Shown one piece after another: positions 29,733-44,457 of a DNA stretch of 64,000 nt. The DNA lies in the NCBI GenBank assembly GCA_040954595.2, contig CM082593.2, positions 6,603,579 to 6,667,578 on the forward strand. Reading direction: 5' to 3'. The DNA comes from Balanoglossus misakiensis. Lineage: Eukaryota > Animalia > Hemichordata. The notes beneath the pieces were generated by a model. The model ran no database searches, had not been told where the DNA came from, and saw only the letters and a list, made by a program, of their open reading frames with translations. The first letter of the stretch is position 1, and each line of letters opens with the position of its first letter. The position numbers and the translations under genes are program-made.

Positions 29733-29970
29733 GGTTGTTTGGTTGTTGTTTCATATGAACCATTGCTTGCTGGTTGACTGGTTTGTGGTTGGTTGGTTGC
29801 CTGGCTGGCTGACTGGATGGCTGGTTGGTTGGTCGGGTGGGTGGGTGTGTGGGGTCGGTTGGGTCGGTCGGTTGGTCGATTGGTTAGTTGGTGGGTCGGT
29901 TGGTCGATTGGTCGGTCGGTTGGATGGATGGATGGATGGATGGATGGATGGATGGATGGATGATTGGTTG
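29541..29970. repeat. Compound microsatellite (GAT)n-(GTT)n-(GGTT/GGTC)n-(GGAT)n
   Basis: Directly visible; explains the poly-M/poly-L ORF in the track. Confidence 0.97.
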
Positions 29971-32900
29971 GAAGCTAGTACTAACACACATATGATGTTG
30001 TACCAGTTATATGGGTGAAAAAGTATGTTTGAAGACCAGAGTACAACCAGCGAAGTTTTATCATCATTCTGTTCGGTGTTCAGCGGTTGAAACTCCGAGA
30101 GGGAAGGACATATTACGACGTGCTCCTAGCCTGGCTGGCAGAACGTTCTAGAATGTTTCAAATAATACTTTGAACCGAACAATTGTGCTGGGCTTAGACG
30201 TCGACATTCATTTTACAGAAGGAGTCTGTTTTTGTTAAAACATCCTTGAACATGCACAGAAATCCGCTGTCTTTTTTAGTTTTACCAACCAATGTGGTCA
30301 TCGGTCATATAACTCTTGTCCTAGCTTTTCAAGTTAATCCATCGGCAAAATCTCGCTCGCTGCACTGGGGATCCGTGTGATTTATTGCAAGGCAGTCTTT
30401 GATAGGGAAACTATTGGGCCAGGGGGAATCGGGGCTAAATCGGGGGGTAAGCGAATGTAGATTTAACCGATGAATGGACAGACATTCAGCGGCGTGAAGG
30501 CAGAAACATATACGCCATAAATCAGTCAACTCGCAACCCTCGATGCTGTAAGAGCCTCCGAGCGAACTGGCTGTGTTAGTGTTAGCCAAGATTGGATCAT
30601 ATCCGACACTTTTGTTATGGTCTGATTCCCACCATCTATTGAATGGGGGATAAAACCTAGCCAATAAGGGGAGATATGTTCCAAAATGTTTTAAAATCTG
30701 TTCAAATGCACATAAGCCAACAATCGGGGTGTTTCACTGACAACTGTATTTGTCGGAGAAATTTTCGACTTTTCAATAAAATTAAACGCATATAAAATGT
30801 GTACACGAGTTTTCGTGCCAGAAAAGTTACCGGAGATCAACCGTGTGATTATTTTCATCAGAAAATTGTTGACTGCTAAGCCTTGGTCGCATCGTCGAAG
30901 CGATGTTTGGCAGGCTTTAGTAGGCCCTGCAGAAGACGGTTTGAATCCCTGTCCGGCCCCAGTATAATTGATTTAAAGGGGCGAGCGTTTAAATTGTTCG
31001 CCGGGCATGCTCTCGTCATATTGAAAGACAAGTCACCCGACTCAAATGAGAGCAACAGATCTCAAAAGCCCGGCGACCGCTTTTCTGCGATGATATGTGA
31101 TCAGAGAAAAAAAATATACACAGCTTTATCAGAGTTGGAAAGATTTGAATCCGACTTAGTACTTCGTTATATAAAGTGGAAAATTTGATTCTCACAGACA
31201 ATAAAACTGAACAAAATCCACCAAATTGTGCATGTGTAGTTTCTGAGGGACGACGGCCGTTGGCAGAACGTTTGGTACGATTGTGTTTTTGACATTGGTA
31301 GAACTGGTGGCAACTCGAAACGAGCATTTTTTTCGATTTGATTTAATTTAGACCTTTTCAGTGGCTTCATTGTGGGGCTTAAGTGAAAAACCATTCAGAG
31401 CGGAGCTTCGCAAGCGCTGCACCTGTTTGGCGACCGGCGTCTGGGAACAGGTTACACCGGCATAACTTGGAACTCGCCTGGGTGCAGAATCCCACACCCG
31501 TCGGACTCGCTCAGTGCCCAAGTCTTTCGGATCGCCGTCGCCCCTTTTTTTGCCTGTCCGTCATTCTCAGTGGCACCTGCGTGTGTTTTTTCTCGCCCCG
31601 CTCAAAGGCCGCGGTTGGCAACCCTCTTCGACTCTCCCCCCCCCTCCTCCTCCAATCACCCTGGTCAGCAGGTGAGAGCCCATAGATGACGGGGTACCAT
31701 TGTCATATCTCTTGCCCAGCCGAGCGGGAGCTCCCTCCGCGCTCGGGAGTACGTCTAAATTAGCCTGTTGATTATTCGATTGTCTGGTGAAAGGAAAAAC
31801 AAAGTCAATGTGGAAAAAAACATCGCTTTGGAAGCGCTTCACAGGTCTTATACGATCACAAAAGAAAGGGCGCATTTCGGGCTCTTTTGTCAGGCGAAGA
31901 TTACCCATGATGCACCGCGCGGTGGGCGGTGAGGGAAGAGAGCGACAGGTTCCAAACCAGGTCACGGTGCTAACTGGAACTGGTACGGTGTATCGATTTC
32001 GAACTTTCGGGCCACGGGAACACACTGCACGGGGGGAGAAAAACACGAACAAGTTGTTCTCTCGAGAATGTGACAGAAAAACGGCGCGGGTCTCAAATTT
32101 TCCGCCCCGGAGCGGCAGTGCGGACGCTCAAATCCCAAAATGGAGGGACTGGTAATATTTGGTCCCGATATTTCATCGGGGGAGAGGGAAAGGGGGTTGA
32201 TTTATGGTGTGTGAAAATAAAGACGTCAAAAGTGGCGCTTCTCTTCAGCCTTTGAATAATCCACGGGCATTTTGCAATCAGTAGGGGAAGCAGGCACAGC
32301 CGATAACTATCAGGAACTGGAAAGAAGCGAGTTGTATGACATATGGTGCGGAGAGCACACCACAAACTTTATATTATGCCGCAGCCACTTTGTTACGGGT
32401 AGTACGTCACAAAGTACGCATTGTGACGGGCAGGCATACATTATGCCGGCAGACAATATCGACAGCATGCATCCAGGCCAACCCTACAACAATTTTGTTG
32501 GCCCATTGTTTTTGGCCCTTCAACATCCGAACAAAAGGCAGCAGCGACGAGAGAGAGGGGGAAACCTGCAGATGCCAGATACACTCACAGGCACACAACC
32601 CGAGAAAAAAAAAAAGTTATTTTCATCCGAAGCGACAGGCCGAACATTGCAGCCTCTCTGATTTGGGGGAGCGAAAACGCGGACTATTTGCGACAAGAGA
32701 CAGTCATAAATGGGGTGCATTTAGCAGCGCACGTGGGTACTGTTAAAAAGCTGCCTGGTTGATTTTATCAATGCAGTATTTCCTACGGATGGTAAACAAG
32801 TAGGCGATGTTGCTGTAGCGACACGCTTGAAATTATCATGGCATGGGTTGGAGTCTTTCACGCCACGCGCCAAGCTAACAATGCGTCGACAATATCAGGG

Positions 32901-34077
32901 GGCCAGGTGAAAGAGTGAGACGCCAGCCAACCGCCAAATGAATGATTAATGCTTCTAAAGTAGTGCTAATTAAGTATAGAATTTAATAGACATGAAAGGA
33001 AGGTGTTTATTAGTGTTTTAGCAAATGGAAGGAACCAGGTGGGCCATTCTGTCGAGCCAGTTGCGCTTTGTGTGGCGTTTGTTTGGGCAAAGCGTTCTTG
33101 TATCCGTTCAATTCAACCATGATTAAGTCAACAAAAAGTGGGCAGACACAGAGAAAACACAGTGGAAAAATATTCCACCGGCGAGTTGCAACGAAAAACG
33201 CAACTTTTTACGACGCGAAAGTGCGCGAAAGTTGTTTTTCGCGCCGGGAAAAAACTTTTTAAAAGTTTTAAAAACACGCGCTTTTGATTATGTGCGCATG
33301 CGCATTGAATAAGAGACGACAGTGTACTGGTTTTCTATGACAAACGTGAGTTGTTTCGGCGTAAAGCGCGTCGGAGCGCGGACCGCCGTCGTAGCATTCA
33401 GAGCCGGGTGACCTTCATCGATGTGACACTGGGGTCATGGAGTGAAAATGCGAAATAGGCGGTCTTTTCGCTTCGCCTCCGAGATCTGCAGCTTTATTGG
33501 CCTACACAGCTGTACAGAGGCTGTAGCTTGGCGTCCCAAATATACTTGTTGTCGCACTTTCTATATCCGAGAGATTTTCGCCCCTACTTACAGGGCTAAG
33601 CATTTAATAAACAGCTCAAAGCAAATGGAACCTCAGAAAATTAAACAATATTTCCGATTCATCAAATTAACCATGGCAACGGAAAAGAATCTCAAGGGGC
33701 ATATTTTTGTAGTTTTGTGGCATAAAAGTTATGAAGTGACGTCGAAAATGAGGTGTTCGCTGAGAATCCGGCATTATTAGGACCCGCAGAGTTTTGATTT
33801 GAAAAGGCGAAAGATGGACCACACCAGCACCATAGAATGGGGGATAAAGCTTTTTCTCCGCTGCCGTCTACCGCAACTAATGGGAAGTGCTTGCCTCTGA
33901 TTGGACCCAAAGTAGCAACTTCAGCGCCGCGTCTCTATGGGATGGGGCATTGTAAGAGAGACGTGAGCCTTTGGTGGGGTTATTGACAAGTGAATGCGCC
34001 CAAGAACAGTGGGCAGGCCGAAATGAGCAGGCTTTGTTAACTAATGCAAAATAAACCCCGTATTGTTTGAAGGGGAA

Positions 34078-34798
34078 TATATAAACAGCGGTCGGTGGGT
34101 TCTCTCGAAGCACTCGTCCCCAGACCCATGGCCCGCACTCACGGAATCTTCTAGAACGGCTAGCAAGGCGCTCAACTGTGTAGTTTACAGTTGTCAGAAA
34201 GTGCGTCCGTATCAAGGAAGGCCCTCTTTCATTGGGCGCCCTAATTCGACATCCATCCGCGCTGACCCGTCATTCTGCTGTGGTATTATCCCCAGTCTGA
34301 CATTCGGGAAACACGGAAGGCCCTGCCATCATTTTCTGATAGGTAAGTTTGTTACTGTTTACCACGAAACTTGATCAATTTCTTATATTTTTCATGATTT
34401 TTAAAAGAAAGCCTGAAATTAATGCATTGTACTCTCGAGACGGGACGTGCGGAGCTTTGCCCAACGGAATACTTTGAGGTAGTCGCTAAGTCGCCGTTGC
34501 ATAGAACATCCCACTTGACACGTGTCGAGCAGATCGCAGCAATGAACGCTCGCGAGAAAAAAAAGCAGAATTCGATATTTTACCGATTATAGAGCGTGTA
34601 ATACGCCGTTCGGATTTCCGGGGCTTTGCCGGTAATCATATTACGGGGTTGAGTGATCATGTTCGTTTGACTAGGCGGATGGGTGATTGGGCGCACGCGC
34701 GGGTCCCCGCACACACCGGACGGAGGGCGATTTCCGGATCGACTGTTCCCTTTTTAGTATATGGTACCGTCACGCGCCGTTCTCTCTTTTCTGAACAG
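34078..34798 (+). promoter_or_regulatory. Putative neurogenin core promoter, non-coding first exon and 5'UTR intron
   Basis: TATATAAA at 34078-34085; consensus donor AG|GTAAGT at 34342/34343; pyrimidine tract plus acceptor TTCTCTCTTTTCTGAACAG ending 34798, 30 nt before the ATG. Confidence 0.65.
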
Positions 34799-34828
34799 GT
34801 CTGATTTTTTAAGGGGAACTCTGGAGCG

Positions 34829-35461
34829 ATGCGACCACCAGCAGTGGCCAACTTCCAGGTGAAGGGCTGTGACTGCCAGCGCTACGCGGAAGATGCCGTT
34901 CTCAAAGACGCGCCGGTGACGGAGGGCCCCAAACAAAGGCGAAGCAAAGAGGCGAAGGCGCAGAAACACAATGGCCGAAGAAAAAGATACACCAAAACGC
35001 GGTGCAAAAATCGAAGCCCCGCATGCGTGACGCGCATCAAGAAGAACCGTCGCCTGAAAGCGAACGATCGTGAAAGAAATCGAATGCACACCCTGAATGA
35101 GGCGCTGGACGGATTACGTAATGTCTTGCCAAAGTTTCCAGACGACACAAAACTGACCAAAATCGAAACTTTGCGCTTCGCGCACAACTACATCTGGGCG
35201 CTGTCGCAGATGCTCAAGATGTTCGAAGCGGAGACGAGCGAGCCGCAGAGTGGCGGTGACGTCATGTCGGCCATGGATTGGCCCACGAAGGACTTCATTC
35301 AAACGGCGCAGGGCATGAGTTACCTCGCCTCCAAGTTGACGTCGGCGGCGGAGATGCCGGCCAGCGACCTCGCGTCGCCCTCGTCGTCGTCGGTGTCGGA
35401 GTCCGCGTACTCGACAAGCGGTTCCGAAACGAACTTTTACGAAGATTCCTTATCGCCATGA
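34829..35461 (+). CDS. NEUROG: Neurogenin proneural bHLH transcription factor (210 aa, single coding exon)
   Basis: b[59 protein letters not shown] is diagnostic for neurogenin; Ser/Pro-rich C-terminus. Confidence 0.97.
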   Translation: MRPPAVANFQVKGCDCQRYAEDAVLKDAPVTEGPKQRRSKEAKAQKHNGRRKRYTKTRCKNRSPACVTRIKKNRRLKANDRERNRMHTLNEALDGLRNVLPKFPDDTKLTKIETLRFAHNYIWALSQMLKMFEAETSEPQSGGDVMSAMDWPTKDFIQTAQGMSYLASKLTSAAEMPASDLASPSSSSVSESAYSTSGSETNFYEDSLSP

Positions 35462-38400
35462 CACCCAAACATCCCAAAAAGTTGTGGACGTTGAGTTCTC
35501 TGTCAGGGATATGTATAATTTGATTCCACTAGAAACACTTAGAAAATAGACACGTTGACTACACATTGTAAATGTTACCCAACATTCTTGTTGTCTATAC
35601 TTTTTACAGTACTATTGCCAATTATTGTTTGTCTTTTTTGTTTGCTTTCCAGAGCACATCTCTCGATTTCTAGCTATGTTTGATACATTTTCGTGTCAGT
35701 TTACAAGAACTGCAGACAAAAAAACGAGAGATAATTATCATAATGAGCTAGTCAATATTCTCAACTTTGCTCGATTCGCATTAAGTGCCAGCTATAGAGC
35801 ACTTGTAAAAACAATGGTAGATTATGTCGACTGAAGTTGTGTTGTTGTAATTGCACTATGGGATTTTCAAATAAAGATCCTGCTTTTTGCTGCATCGATT
35901 CTGGCTATATCAATCTTTGCAGTATTTTTTCTAAATTAAAATCGCTAGTCGGTTGTGTTCTGTTTTTTAGCCGCATGGTCTCGCGGGCAGCGGGTGCCAT
36001 TCCTGCTCCTGTCGGGAGTCCATCCGAAATCCCCCGTCCGAGCAAATCGTCCCCGCGATGATTACTTCCGTCATTCCGTCCCTCTGTGTGATCCGGGGCT
36101 TTTTTTGTCAGAGGTGATTCGGGTACAATGAAGGCACTGGTTACGTTATACGCCCTGTGCTGATCACATTTGTAACAGGACAAGTTGAACAATTCCGTCC
36201 TGTGTGCATGCGTACACCCGTGAGGAGACGGGCCACGTGGCCTACGCCCAGGCGCGTGCCGGTAGAATCTGCACAGAGCAGTGCAGATTAATGGTTAATT
36301 ATGTATATTAATGTGCAAATACCTATCTCTCCGACACGGGATATCGTAGAACTGGTTTATTTTCCACGGCTAACCCGAGAACATGAACTTTCCTCGTGGT
36401 TAGAAAGCGCGAAATTTTCCTGCTGCTCTGCGTTGGGTCGATTTATCGATTCCCCGGGTTTCATAACCGACAATTTGTAGACCGAAGACAAACGGACACC
36501 CGCAAAAACAACAGCTTCACCGCTGCTTGCTCTCGAAATGCCAAAACATGTTCCTGACCTTCTCCCCGCTATATCTATCTCTCTCGGGCGCTCTCCGCAC
36601 GTCCCACGGGAGAATGCAGAATTCGGGGGCTGATTTAGACCATGTGGAGTATAATTCGCTCTGTGGGTTCGTGATATGGGTCAGTTACAGTCAGACGTTT
36701 TAAAATGAGCGAATTTGAAGGGGACGGCGCCTCCGTGTAATCGTCAAGATGGCCCTTTGAAGACGCCTGTATCTGCGCGTCATCAAAGGGAGTGAAAAGA
36801 CTGCATCGGACGGACCATAGACACTAGAGAGGGGAACTATGAGCGGGCGAACAATAACTGGACAATGCTTCAAACAATAGATGGGGGTCCGACGAAATAC
36901 CGTCGATTGTGCCATGGAAAGGGGGGGGGCAGGGAAGAAAATTATCTGTCCACGCTGAAAACTACTATCTGTTGCAAGGGTAACTAAAATATGTCATCAT
37001 TTTCAACCTTCCATGTTGCTCCCGCGCGGGAATCAGCGCTGGCAATAATTGTCACTGACAATAACGTCAACGCTGAGAGTTTTAGGGTGTTTCCGTCACT
37101 CGTCACGGCGTCGGAGGATCTCGACCCGCCAAACGGACACTGACACCACCACCAGACGTAGCCACGTCCGTCCTCTTATATGGTCTGCACCCAAAGATTA
37201 CCAGAGTGATAAAGTTTACCCAAAAGTTCCTTTTGAGAAACCACGGCCCATACAAGAACAGTTATCGCTCGAACCGGGGACTATGCGGCATAAAGCACGC
37301 TCTTTGTGTCCCAGACCGTAAGACCCGCCAGTTACATCATTTGCTTTCATCTTTTCAAAGTATCCGTATTTTGCTTTTAAAGACGATTGTCTGAATATTT
37401 GAGGCGCGAACAAAGGCATGTTTTATCAGGGCCTATATATCTTTAGCTTTTCATTCGATTCTACGGGAAACACAATATCAAAACAATACATAAATCTGGT
37501 GGAACACTTCCTGAGAGCAAACACTTGATTATTTATTTTTTGACGTCGAGAAATCCCCTGACCGTGAGCTCGAATATAAAGATCTTATTCATCGTCGAAA
37601 ATTCTGTTAAAATGAATAAATCGCAACTATTTGAATTATGCATCATCCGAGAAGCAACTGATACGATGTCCACAGCAGCTTACGTTCAAAACGACAATAC
37701 TTAAAATAAACTCAAAAAGTTGTATTTTTAACAATTTTAAAAATAAAAATATAAAAGAGCTAAATTTAATATGGGAGATATAACGTTAAAGGCAAAATAT
37801 GCATATATGCAACAACATACGAGAATCGACCACGATACCACATTCACCATAGGAAGGCCGTTAACCCATAAACGTTCAACGCTGATGTAGTTTTCGTAAA
37901 TTGCAATGTTATTTATAACGGTACCGTAAGAGCATATGAGGTCCCTCGGAAAGCAGGGTATAGTCACCGCCCCAAAAGTCTAGACGTAATCAACACTGAG
38001 GATAATATCGAAGCCAATTAAATGTTATTTGAAAACTTTCACGGAGTGTTTTTCTTTAATATCACGCTTTTTATAGTAAGTTATATTTGTAACATAACGT
38101 GGAGATAAACTAAACAAGCGAGTGAATATCGGACTGTGAAAATCTGGACATTTGCTATCGAAGATTGATAACTTTGTGTTTCCTATTCACTCGACGTCAA
38201 AGTCGACGGTTTCCGGCAAATGACGAGTAACTACATATAAGCTAAAAGCTAGAGAGGGCCAATTTCAGACTAATTAACAGGAGATCAAATTGCCGTGTTT
38301 TCGACGAAAGTATACAGAGCGACTGAAAAGAGATATAGTCGACCAGTGGAAAAGACTCGACCAATGAAATGAGCATGTCACGTGTCGTCAATCACCTGTC

Positions 38401-41400
38401 ATCCCATCGTCGCCATCTGTCACAGTTTTGCTCAAGTTTTCGCCCCAAAAACGCAAATATTATATCTTGATTTTTTCAAAGCGATGGCAAAATATAAATG
38501 GCAAAGTTTGATTGCCTTTGTGGTGCTTCGATCCACCACATCTGGACCGTCATAAAATTAGAAGTCGCGCCGGTCCAATTTGGGATATTTCGTTGATCGC
38601 TCCCGTCGCCTTGAATGAGAAAACCCTGATGCATTTAGCAATGCAAACAGAGGCCCCGGCTCTCGCTGCACAAAAATAATGTCGTCGCTCGCATCAGCCA
38701 CCCCATACAGCGCGAACAACGGTCGGCAGCGCGATGGTAATTTAAATAAATGAAATGAAGGTGTTCGTCGTCCACAACCAGTATGCCATATTTTTCAGCG
38801 GCAGTGCCCAGCCCGAATTGAAAGCCACGCAAGCCCTTGCGTACGACTCCAATTACTCCCGGACAAAATACCTTTAATTTCAAACACATGTTGACATCGA
38901 TGTTCGACATGTTTGACAAGTCAGTCTGCATAATCCGATAGTCGCGTAAATCTGCGAATTTTGCATTTCATCCGGTCGGCCATTGTCAGTGATTGATTTA
39001 CGCGGCTGAACGGCACAAGTGGCCGACAGCTCCGCCGCAAAGTGGACAGCAAATACGCGGGCTTTTGCACTTTGCCTGTCGTCTGCGAGTAGCGTTGGCT
39101 CACCCTTCTATTCTATAAAATCGCTTCGCCGCTTCCCCCACTTGACACCTAGAGGTAGACATTGATTTTTGCGCGTATTCTATTCTTTTGAGTGGTAACA
39201 ACGTTACTACTAATCTGCGCAACAACCAAGTGCCACCAGTGGTGGATGTTTTCAACTCCATCCCTCTATAGGCGCCATTTCTCCCCTAAAAGGCACAAAT
39301 GGTCGTTCCCTTATAAACTTCCACACTGGCAATGAAAACCAATCTTATGCGATTTAATTCATTTTCAAACTTTGAGTTTCAAAATGATGAAAGCAGTGGG
39401 TATCAGAAAAAAACTACTTACCGGAAATAAACTTTATCATACTAGTAGTTTCTTGACGTCGACTGTATAATTCACGTGATGAAGTATTCTAGTCGTCATC
39501 AGCCATGTATTTCCTATATGCACAATAAAATAAAAAAATGGCAAAAATTAAATTGTATTCATTATGAAAAGCCCACTCCGCTGTACACTCGACATTGAGT
39601 GGTTTTATTCATCGTGATATCAAGGTTTTTCATTCTACAAAATACCAATCGTTCATACCTAATTGTCTTTTAGCTCAACAGTGCCAAGATACCATGGAAA
39701 CGTGGTGTTTCGGCACATCAGTTGAAAGGTGTCACCCTCCACATTGCCAAAACGCAAGGGTATTCTGGGTGGGGGAGTGACTGTGATAACATTCTGAGAT
39801 AAACGCCACATTTTGTCTCTTGTGGTGCTTGTGTACATACGGGAACCCCAATAATAATAATTTATCATATCTTTATCACAGAATTGCTTGTCAGAAATCT
39901 AAGAGACCTTATATCACCCAAAAGCGACAGTAGCGTCACAACAACAAAAAAGACACACTACGTGAATCTGAAACCCCGATAACATCAATATCGTCCAATA
40001 ACTCCAAAGATTTGGTCCGAGCCGGGGGTGCCGTCCCAAGTACATAAAAAAGCTCTGAGAAAAAGTTCCAATCAGTGCGGACACTTTATCCGGAAACCTG
40101 ACTGGAACATTTTGACGCAGACAGATTTTGCTTCCATTCGTTCAGGCCCGACCCCGGGTGATTCACAAATAACCAGCAAATGAAAGAACGAACTGTAGTT
40201 TACCCACTGGCAATTCTAAGAACCCCCTGGGTACAAATCCCGCGCCAGCTCGCGGTACATACAGAAAAACCGGGTCAACAAGCGCGGATTCAGAATTGTC
40301 AAAAGACACATCGATCTTTGAAAGACTGCTGTGAGAAAATCTGCTTGCAAAGGAAGCGGATGTCAAAGCCGGGGCTGATTGTGTCGTCTGGTGTTTCTGT
40401 ACTTTTCTGTTGGCAATAACTAATATTGCACGGTATCGGGATGCTATGTCCGTTTTTTATACTCAAAACACCCTCCCCCCTTAATACTCACTTCTTATAT
40501 GTATTGTTGTTATTTCATTTGTGTAATCGATCGCTAAAAGTTTTATAAAATGCATTTCTAAAGCTTAGAAACCGCCACCAGAAAATCCCCTTTTTGTCGT
40601 TTGGTAGCGGTCCTGTGCGTTCACTTTTGAATTCATGACCACATCCGACCGTTGTATTCGTCCAATTTTGGTATTCATTGACGTTTGGGGGATCAACACA
40701 AGCAGAGAATGAAATCCCGAGAGAATGTGCCTTTACAGTTTTCCCCTGCTTTGAACTATGAGCGTCTGAAGCAAAGCGGTTTCTCCCAGGGGATTGGCCA
40801 AGCTATACGTGCTGTGTATGCCATTACACAGATTGTCGCAGAGGCCCTACTGCGCATGTCGGCCAACAGGGGGCTGGAAAGTTGCTGGGGTTTGTTTGAC
40901 GATGGCTGGGTCTCGCGAGAGTACATTGAACTAGTGAATGGCCATACGAGAACATAATTTTTAAAAGCAGAACCCATGTATGCCAAAAGCAGGAACGGGA
41001 ATATAGAAAGCTAACACATTACTTTTAGCCTTTCCTGTTGTTATCCTGGTATTTTTTGTTTTCTTGCATTAAGCAAACTTTTCGTAACATCCTTCAGCTA
41101 CAGCAAGCCTCGCGTTTGTTGATATGAAATTTAAGGCCGGACTTCTTGTTGTCATCAATAACAGTTTATCTTACACAGTTTGTAGGCCTGTGTTATACAC
41201 GAAAAACGCCTAAGATATCACATATAGTATATGACCGGTGGCGCTTTCACGAAAACCGCTATTATCGATAATCACATAACACGCGAATTTCTGATCAGCC
41301 AGCAACTGGAGCAATCAAACTACAAACAATCTATCACTTGCGAGGCGCATTCTACCTTTCATTAAAATCTGCGCAAAAACTGGGGGGGAGGGGGGGTTCA

Positions 41401-44262
41401 AGGAATGGAACAGATTTGCGTAAACGGCCGAACGTGTTAGCCGGAGTACCTATAGCTGCCATGGCATCTGTAGTCAAACACAAAAATATTTGTCACAGCG
41501 AGAAGGACATGCATCGAAAACAATAGTGCACCAGCGGATTCGACGTGGCAGCACGCTCCGATTGAAATACAATTTCAAATATAGGGGAGGGGGGAGGTCG
41601 ACCTTGTTCGCGCGCATGCAAGACGGGGGGAGTGTCCTGAACAGATTTGCCACGTGGCGTTTTGGACCACCCGCTAGTACGGGCGGGCCACTCTCGGGAC
41701 CCACTGGTCATTGGGACATGCTCACAGAATTCAATCGCGCGTGTTTACAAGCAAAGTTCGTCTCCATGGCAGCACCTAGGAAATTAATCGATCCTGTAAG
41801 CATTTAAGCAGTACATGATTCACTGCCCTGGAAAAGCAGTCGCGAAGAAAGGATCGGTGAAGCATGTCCGTGTTTTACAAAAGCGACATTCGAGCGACAT
41901 CTTTTTTCGTAATTTTTATGAATACTGTAAGCGTTTTGATGATGAAGAGGTCACAAATCTAATTTGACATCGTCATCATCATCATCATCATCATCATCAT
42001 CAATAAGAAGAAGAAGAATGATGACGATAATAATTATAATACATGTAATAATAAAATTACAATAATATGTTCTTAGGATACATCCACTAGCATCTATTCT
42101 CATCTCTCTCTCTCTAAATTTATTATCAAGGTGTTGGTGACGCATCCGATTACGTCATAGATGCTTTAGAAATCACTTCGATCAAACTACTTAAAGTTAT
42201 CGGGGAAGTCTTAAACATTCGTATAGGGAGATGCTTGTCAACAAACTTCACAGTTATGTGCGGAATAATTATTTGTCCGCTTTTGAAACTTTGAGTAAAG
42301 GAAACTTGTAGAGTTATGGCTAACTCTGCTCCTATCGAGAGTAAATCTCGGCATGCAGAGAGACGACACCAGACTTCGTTTTTTTGATAAAAAGTGAAAC
42401 GTGCTCATTCGAATGATGGAACACACGAAGAGTGACACAGCTCGTAAATCAGCGATTTGTTCCAAATCTCTGTTTGGCATAAAATACTGATGATGTCTTT
42501 ACTATGAAACGTGAACGGCCGTTGCACTGCGCGGCGGGGACGAAGTTTCAAATTCGCGTTGCGGCGCGCACGGCGGGCGGAAACCTGATGACGTAAGTCA
42601 AAACGTCAAGTAGTTGTCGTTTTTATGGTACAGTACCAGAGCGGTTTAACTTATCCGTTTCTGTATTACCTGGGGGACAATTAAGTCACGAATTGAGATT
42701 CTTTTTGAATGGGCTACCGGTTTATCAACCCAAATTATTGGCGAACATGCCCAGTTTGGTCCACCTGCGGACGAGACAAAAAACCAAACTACACCGCCGA
42801 CTTAAAGTTCTCGGACGACGAAGAAGAATATATAAGCTTGATTGGCAAGGCCATAATTGTCTAATCGGTTGAGGCAATCTGATTTTTTTATTGTTCTGTG
42901 TAACTCCAACGGAGTGGAACCAACGTACAAAAGAGCGCTGTCACCGAAATCATCTATCGTTTGGGCGAAAGCGTTAAGATTCATTCTCGGGTTCGGATGG
43001 AGTTTTTTTTCGTAATTGTCCGCGGCGCGGCGATGGGAAAGAACGCGTCGTCGGGTATACACAGAAAGGGGGGGGGGCAATAATCCGAATTTTCGCGAGA
43101 ATCCGAAAATGATTTATCGTCTTGCGCTGAAATGTGTGGCAGAGAAAAAAATATCGGCGGTGGCCCCAACAACGTACGCAGCTGTATTGAAATCAGTTGA
43201 AGCCGTCTGGAGCAATATGGCGAGGAAGCTCATCCAGGGATCGGTCGGCCATTATTTCCCCCCAAAAAAACTCCATTGTCGTCGAACGACTCAGAGATGA
43301 TGAGACTTAAGATGGACTAATGGCGCGGACTCTTTTCCTCCCCGCGTTATCTTCATTTGCGAGAACAATACACCAACCAGATTCAGAGTCCGCGCTCCTC
43401 TTCACAATGAAACAAGCTCGCTATCCGATAGAGACACTTAGGCCTTTGTGTTTGTCCACAAGTGTGTGCGGTTAATGCCTCCGTTGAAAAATAGGCAACA
43501 AGTTACAAGGTCAATGGAAATGACCAATATTCTTAACAAAACACTAATGATCTTAATGAACCACGTGCGATGTATCTCTGCTGACAACACACGGCGGTCA
43601 GTAGGGCGTCCGACCAGCACTTGTTACTGTATGTGACAACCGCCTGTTTAATTAAAGGCACGGCAAGTGCAAAGCGTTACTTTGAACCCCCGAACAAGCT
43701 CGCGACACGAGTGAACGCGCCCACAAGAATTCTACAGTCAGAGTACCAATTAAATATGGACAATTGAATAATTGGATATGGCGGCCATCGGTTAATCCGT
43801 TCGCTGTCGTTCATGACGTTTCCCCCAAAAAATCCGGTTGACAATTTAAAAAAAATAAATCGATAGATGAACACAGCCTTCAATAGATGAACGTAGCCTA
43901 TTTTGACATTAATGTATACCGTACCAACCATGCGCAGTTGAGATCCTTGTGAATTTGTTATTCACCAAGTTTCGGTTGCCGGTTTGTGTGCGTTATGTGA
44001 GTATATGTATTGGGCTCTTGTAAAACAAAACTTGATAAAATCCCTAACATGAGAAAAGAAATGAGGTGTGTCACAAGAATACCGGGTAGTCACGGGGGGA
44101 ACACTCCTGGTTTCTTGACGAAGTGTCGGCAAAATCACTTCATTTTTCTTATCAGCCCCCGGGACGTATATTCTATGTGTTTCCTAAGACGCAGAAAAGA
44201 GGGCGGTATGTCGCACGTGTAAAGATGGAGGGACCGACAAACACGGGCGGACGAAAGAACGT

Positions 44263-44457
<195 letters not shown>

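Noticed and set aside
29544-30018. Poly-Met/poly-Leu and W/G-rich ORFs
   Set aside because: Microsatellite artefacts.
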